NCBI RefSeq assembly: GCF_026571515.1
Contig: NW_026860464.1
Span: 372,001-436,000 of the forward strand
Direction of reading: 5' to 3'
Length of the DNA stretch: 64,000 nucleotides
Source of the DNA: Ruditapes philippinarum
Lineage: Eukaryota
Shown: piece after piece, positions 58,765 through 64,000 of the stretch
How positions within the stretch are numbered: the stretch's first letter is position 1
Layout of the letters: each line of letters opens with the position of its first letter
Position numbers and translations under genes: made by a program
The notes under the pieces: generated by a model
Told to the model about the DNA's origin: nothing
Seen by the model: only the letters and a program-made list of their open reading frames with translations
Databases searched by the model: none

Positions 58765-61700
58765 TTAATTCACTTCAATAGAACCTTCAAAAACGTCACT
58801 GTCAACCTGTCTTACTTTGTATTCCGCCAACACATAGAACATTATGGCAACAACCAGTAAAATCATCAAGATATATAACTTAAAAGAAACACATAAAAAG
58901 GTGCCGCTGAGAAATCCAATTGTCAATCCAAAACTTTGTAAAAGTCTGTAATTTGCAAATGCCACTTCAGCATCCTCCGGGCAAGTTATACAGATTAGAG
59001 CTGTAATAGAAAGAAAATAATTGTGAAAAAGGAATCAATGCCAGTGTATAATTAATACTAAATAACAATAAACATTTAAAGGGAAATTCGTGGTTGAGTG
59101 TTTAAGATCGTCTCATCCACTCCGAATTGCATGCGCCCTGATTTGCTGTGTGTTCGAATCCCGCCCCGTATTTTAGAAAATTTCATGTAATTAAGCTATC
59201 TTATAGGTTCCTGACAGGCCGGTGGTTTCACTTTAGTCCCCCTTCGTGGTTGAAGTAGTTTGCACAGAAACATGAGAGGTCTTCCTTCTCCAAAGATGGG
59301 CGCCTTAATATGATAATTACATTGTCAGCAGGACTTGCATCATTGGTTACGGCAAGTTAGTGTTGAAGATTAAACACCACTTAAGCCGGTGATGGGGAGA
59401 GGGGTGGTATTGTGCACCATTAAATTATCTCTCGTGAACAGACTCAATCTAACAGAATCTGCAATTATCATATAATATTGTTGCTTCCATTTCTTCCCAG
59501 CTTCATCCCTTTTCATATTTTTAAAAAAAGATTCTATCTTATTCAGTCGCAAGAAAAGGGATTTCGAAACGATACCAACAGAATTTCCTACAACTGCGGT
59601 GTTATAATTCAACGAAGGTCATCCATATTAAACGCACCTCAAAAAGAAATACGATCGGATACATTATGCTTTATAATAAAGGTAATTATACAATATAAAA
59701 TAAAATTCGACATTGCTACAACAAAAACAATGTGATTTTCATTTCTAACAACAACAAAAATAAACTTTGGTCCCATACAAATTAAATATGGAATCTGCTG
59801 GTGAAACAAAACCAAAACAGCAAGATCAGAATTTCACACATTCCATCACAATATTTGTATTTTCTGAGATAAAAACAATTTTTATTCTTAACATAATTTT
59901 TATTCTCTACAGCGTAACCTATGTAGAGCAACGCCCTTTAGGAGAAGTATACTTTGGTTGTTGTGTAAAGGTGTTGCTCTTCATTGATAAAATATCATTC
60001 TTTCTTTCAAACTGTAAGAAATATGTAAGATGTAGGAAATTGCTCTTCGTATAGCACAATAAGTACTATTTCCGCATATGTATACTATCAGTGTTATATA
60101 CAGAGGATCGCAATGCAGAGGTTATTCTATATTTAATTTTCTTGGAACAGTTTTGAAAAAAGAAGTCAGGCTAAACTATACTCACTATTACATTGCGTCT
60201 GCCATACGGCATCGCAAACACCCCACGATGCAGCCATTACAAAGAAAATGACTAAACGTGTGTCTGGAATCCAAATCAGTAGGCCGATCATTAAACCCAT
60301 GTGGATTATTCCCCCTATCCCAAATACAACCTCTCGAGCTATCACATTGGCACACACTGCCACGAGAACTGCGCTGATGACATTAGCCAAACCCAAAATT
60401 ATCATACAATAGCCGATGTATTCTTCCCCAATAGTACACGTGATATAAGCCTGCAAATATAGCAAATATAACAGTGAATATACGTGTCGTGTACAAGCAG
60501 TAAATGATACGTATATGTACATGTGGTTTATAACAAGTACAAATGTTGCTGCAATGCAGCAATTGAGAAGCTCCGCGCAAAAAAAAATGCGCTCATTACA
60601 GATACCTTACCAAATTATTCCTACGCACAGGTCATGTTATATATTCAGATTAAGTACTATTGAAGATTTTTTCCGAATGTTTTGTAAACCATTGTTTGCA
60701 TAATTATACTTATCTTATGCACTGTCCATAATTAAAAAGAGGGGAAAGATATTTAATATAAAAAATGCTTTCACTGATGCCTACCTGGTCAGGAAAGTAA
60801 TTCCATTGAATACAAACAAGACTTACAAGACTTGTAAATGTTATGTGACATGACTGTACTGTGTTCTGTTTGTGTCACTACTGTAGTCAGTAACATAAGA
60901 TGATAGAATATCAAAGACTGTTTTTGTATTATTAAAATTGTAACAAATATACAAATAGTAACAAAAGGGACTTATATTATAATATAGCAATATAACATGT
61001 ATTTTTCATGTCAAATTAAAAAAAAAAGTTTCTTTTAATACTGAAAGTAGAACACACTCTGGAATGAAAAAATGGGATGAAGTTCAAAAAGACCAAATTC
61101 AGGTTTTTTTTGTTTGTTATACACGCGTCACATGGTGATACAGTATTTATCAATATAATAGAAGACTGTTACTTGAGTTTTAGGCAGGTTTGAGGAAATT
61201 CACTAACATCATGTTCGTGCGAGTCAAAGATATAAAAGCTATTTGACATTTTGACATTGGCGAAATATAAAAAAAAAACTATTGTAAATTGATTTATTGG
61301 GAGATCAATATACTTTTTTGTTGAATTGCTTTAGAACTATTCATAAAAACATTACACTTCATGTTCAACTGCAGATCAAAGTTTCTGTCATCAATGATGC
61401 TATCTATCTATAGCCTATGCTTAATGAGGGTCCATCCGCTCGTAAGGCCACAAAATGCAGCTTTTGTCACCTGACATACCCTTTGAAGCTGAAAGTCATA
61501 CCCTTTGAAGCTCAAAGTGGTATGCAATACCAATGACACCAATGAAATGTAACCTTATATACTAAAGTTTAATTATTTCAAAATAACCAATATATCAACA
61601 TGTTATTATTAAACATTTAATTTCATAAATATAAATTAAGAATAATTATCAAAAGCAAAATTATTAAAGTCTTATGTCTGAAATCTTCATTATATTGACA

Positions 61701-62828
61701 AATTCATTCACTAATAGTATACTTGATATGCTGTGTGTAAATGTAATTCAAAATGTAACAAATTATAATTTCATGTACTACTAAAAGAGGGAAATAACAA
61801 ATTTATAACCTAAGTGTCAAAAATCAGAAAATTTATAGCTATTTATAGCTTTCGAATTCATGTACAGCAGAACTGCTTTCCGGTTCTCATTCATTAATAT
61901 GACATGCTGCGAATCACCGAAGGGGAAACCAATATAGAAATCGAAAGGAGTTCTTGAATGCGGATTTATTTTTAGCTGTATATCGAAGGGATTAATTGAT
62001 CAAATCCGGGCCCATGGACAAAAAAAAGTAAACACAAATAGCTCCGCGCCTGTGGGCGCGGAGCATTAATATGTAGTTCATGTAGCTTATTACATAAAAC
62101 ATGTAGTTATGTTAGGTAGAAAAAATATTACACCTGCATCAGACAGTGTAACCTTGTCGCAGTAGTTAAACTAGTAGGTAGGGAGGGACATTTTTGCCTT
62201 TTCTGTTCGGCCGTATATATCTTAGCGAACAGCCTGCTGGCGACTACAGTTTCTACACATGTGACACGTGCACGCGACACGTGCAGACCAAGATCAGAAT
62301 GCACACCCAGTCATGAAACTTAATGACACTATGTGTTCACACTGTGCTTACCCATAGTATGGAGAGTTTATAACATTACACATTTCTGTGTTAATTTTAC
62401 ATTAACAAAGAGATTGTATAGAAATTATCAGTATTTTCAAATATCAACCTTTAGCTTAATATATCTTGGAAAAATGACTTGATTTACTATAATAAACATT
62501 TGGTACATTTAAAAACAACATTAATTTGAAATATATATTTAAAAGTTATGCATAACATGACAAATGGATACTTTTTCTAGTAAAATTTATAATTCCATTC
62601 GGAACATCTCGCCGATTATACGAGGAATGACGGAAAGGGCCGAAAATGTACGATAGTCATTATCTAATAAATAAATGCAAACAAAAACATGAGAATTTTA
62701 TATACTAAACGTACCTGTGTAAAATCCGAGAAAACAAAAGCTTGTTGCAAACCACTAAATATAAGTAAAGGTATAAGAAGACGGAACGTTTTGTGGGTCA
62801 ACATTAACTGGACGTGTTCCACAACGAT
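58765..62828 (-). CDS. UNC93A: UNC-93-like (UNC93A-type) MFS membrane protein, last three coding exons 62828-62715, 60450-60186, 59000-58765; 5' part not identified in this window
   Basis: GT-AG, in frame: LLIPLLIFSGLQQAFVFSDFTQ/AYITCTIG..IGYCMI...WGVCDAVWQTQCN/TLI...EVAFANYRLLQSFG...FLCVSFKLYIL, which are UNC-93 family motifs; orthology to UNC93A itself is not established. Confidence 0.85.
59080..59335 (+). mobile_element. Degraded tRNA-derived SINE (Deu/MD-type)
   Basis: gtggttgagtgtttaagatcgt..gttcgaatcc..tttcatgt..ggccggtggttt..ggtcttcct colinear with 52415-52740. Confidence 0.6.
62041..62070. mobile_element. GC hairpin + ATTAAT, probable Helentron-type terminus
   Basis: GCTCCGCGCC-tgtg-GGCGCGGAGC perfect 10-bp stem followed by attaat. 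Confidence 0.5.
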
Positions 62829-62874
62829 CTGAAAATACAAAACATTCATTGTTGATAATAATAATATCTTAATT

Positions 62875-63143
62875 GGTAATGGTGGTGTTGGTAGTTTTCA
62901 CTCCAGCAGTAAGCTATATTGAATTTACCAGAGCACTGTTCAGCCACACATCGTTCCAGGACAGGCTGTCAAGCAGTTTACCAGTACCATAGCAGTTTCC
63001 TTCACTTTTGCAAGGAACTGAAACTTCTGTACATACCAGAGCAGAGGTACGGTACAAATGACCTTAGAAGGATCTCATGATCTATCACAACGAAAGTGAC
63101 TTGCGCCGTCCGCGAACTCTACCTATTGAGCTAACCGGACGCC
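62875..63143 (-). mobile_element. tRNA-derived SINE with V-domain-like core, head partly deleted
   Basis: ggttagctcaataggtagag (A box); gatcatgaga...ggtcatt...cagtt...gtactggtaaactgctt..agcctg.cc.ggaac; (ACC)n-like tail. Confidence 0.65.
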
Positions 63144-63173
63144 ATCTTAATTGATAAAGCAATAGGAAGGTTC

Positions 63174-63207
63174 TTTATAAGTCGCCGGTAGAAACCGGCG
63201 ACTATAT
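63174..63207. mobile_element. Hairpin typical of a HINE/Helentron 5' end
   Basis: tttata-AGTCGCCGGT-agaa-ACCGGCGACT-at. Confidence 0.5.
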
Positions 63208-64000
63208 TTGTAACAGTTTAATATTATACCTATGGTAGGAGAAGGCTTTAAAATCTGAAAATTAAAGCATATCAATTACTGAACTATTAAAGACTACTAT
63301 TGTTTTCAGTAATCTCAAAAATTCAAACATACAATAACGTTGCTCAATGAAATGAAATATTCAAATATTGACATCTTAAAAAGCAACATTACAATTTTCA
63401 TAAAATGAATTAATAACGTATCCCTGTGGAACAGTCATTGAATTTAGGGATACATTTACCTCTTTTTAAGTGTCAATCGTTGCTATTTTATGATTGATAA
63501 ATCATGAATGATATTGGAAATGACACAGGTTGTTTATATCTTATGACACATATTATATTTCATTATTTTATCTAATTATAAACAGATTCTCCCTGTTCTG
63601 TTGTAAGAATCAAGTGACTACACGTTGTATGTTAGTGTTATAAAATCTATTAATAGTAACAGATTGCTGATAAGACATACGGGTAACTTGTGAATAGTTG
63701 GCAAAAAGTATGGCGGCTAATTAGATGCAAATGTATAAATAATTACAAGGTTACCTTCCATTAATCAGTTTCATATTTTACATCATTAGAAAGTTCTGTA
63801 TACTCCTAATTTACACATTACAGAATAAGTTTTCAAAACCATTTCAATTTTTCTTTGTAAAGGGTTAAACTTGGCCCTTTCTGTCAACGTTTAATAGTTT
63901 AGTTTAGGTTGAACATCACAAAATAGATTTATGCTAAAGAGGCACATTTATTGAAATAAATAGTGGTAATCGTCGTCTTCGTTATATTCCGTCGATTTCC

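Overview
AT-rich eukaryotic DNA, most likely a bivalve mollusc (inferred from the SINE, HINE and MITE types present), with one 170-N assembly gap (3551-3720). Host genes: a cluster of three spliced TMEM272-like four-TM genes with matching exon structure (copy 1 +, 11076-18971; copy 2 -, 25191-22541; copy 3 +, 34813-46750), and the last three coding exons of an UNC93A-like MFS gene (-, 62828-58765). Most of the remainder is transposon-derived. (1) A full-length but mutated BEL/Pao LTR element (3868-10768; 447-bp LTRs, GCACT TSD). (2) A full-length, apparently intact RTEX-like LINE (~11745-16661) in intron 2 of copy 1. (3) A 1.8-kb foldback element with CAC termini and a 5-bp TSD. (4) Two separate same-family nested PIF/Harbinger pairs. 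(5) TTAA-flanked Kolobok-like MITEs, tRNA-derived SINEs, Helentron-type elements and minisatellites. The most notable observation is in the LINE: ORF1 and ORF2 are in one frame separated by a single TAG in a gammaretrovirus-like context (GAT TAG GGT TGT CAG), and no in-frame ATG follows for 471 codons. This suggests ORF2 is made by stop-codon readthrough as an ORF1-ORF2 fusion. All family assignments are by eye from motifs; no searches were run.
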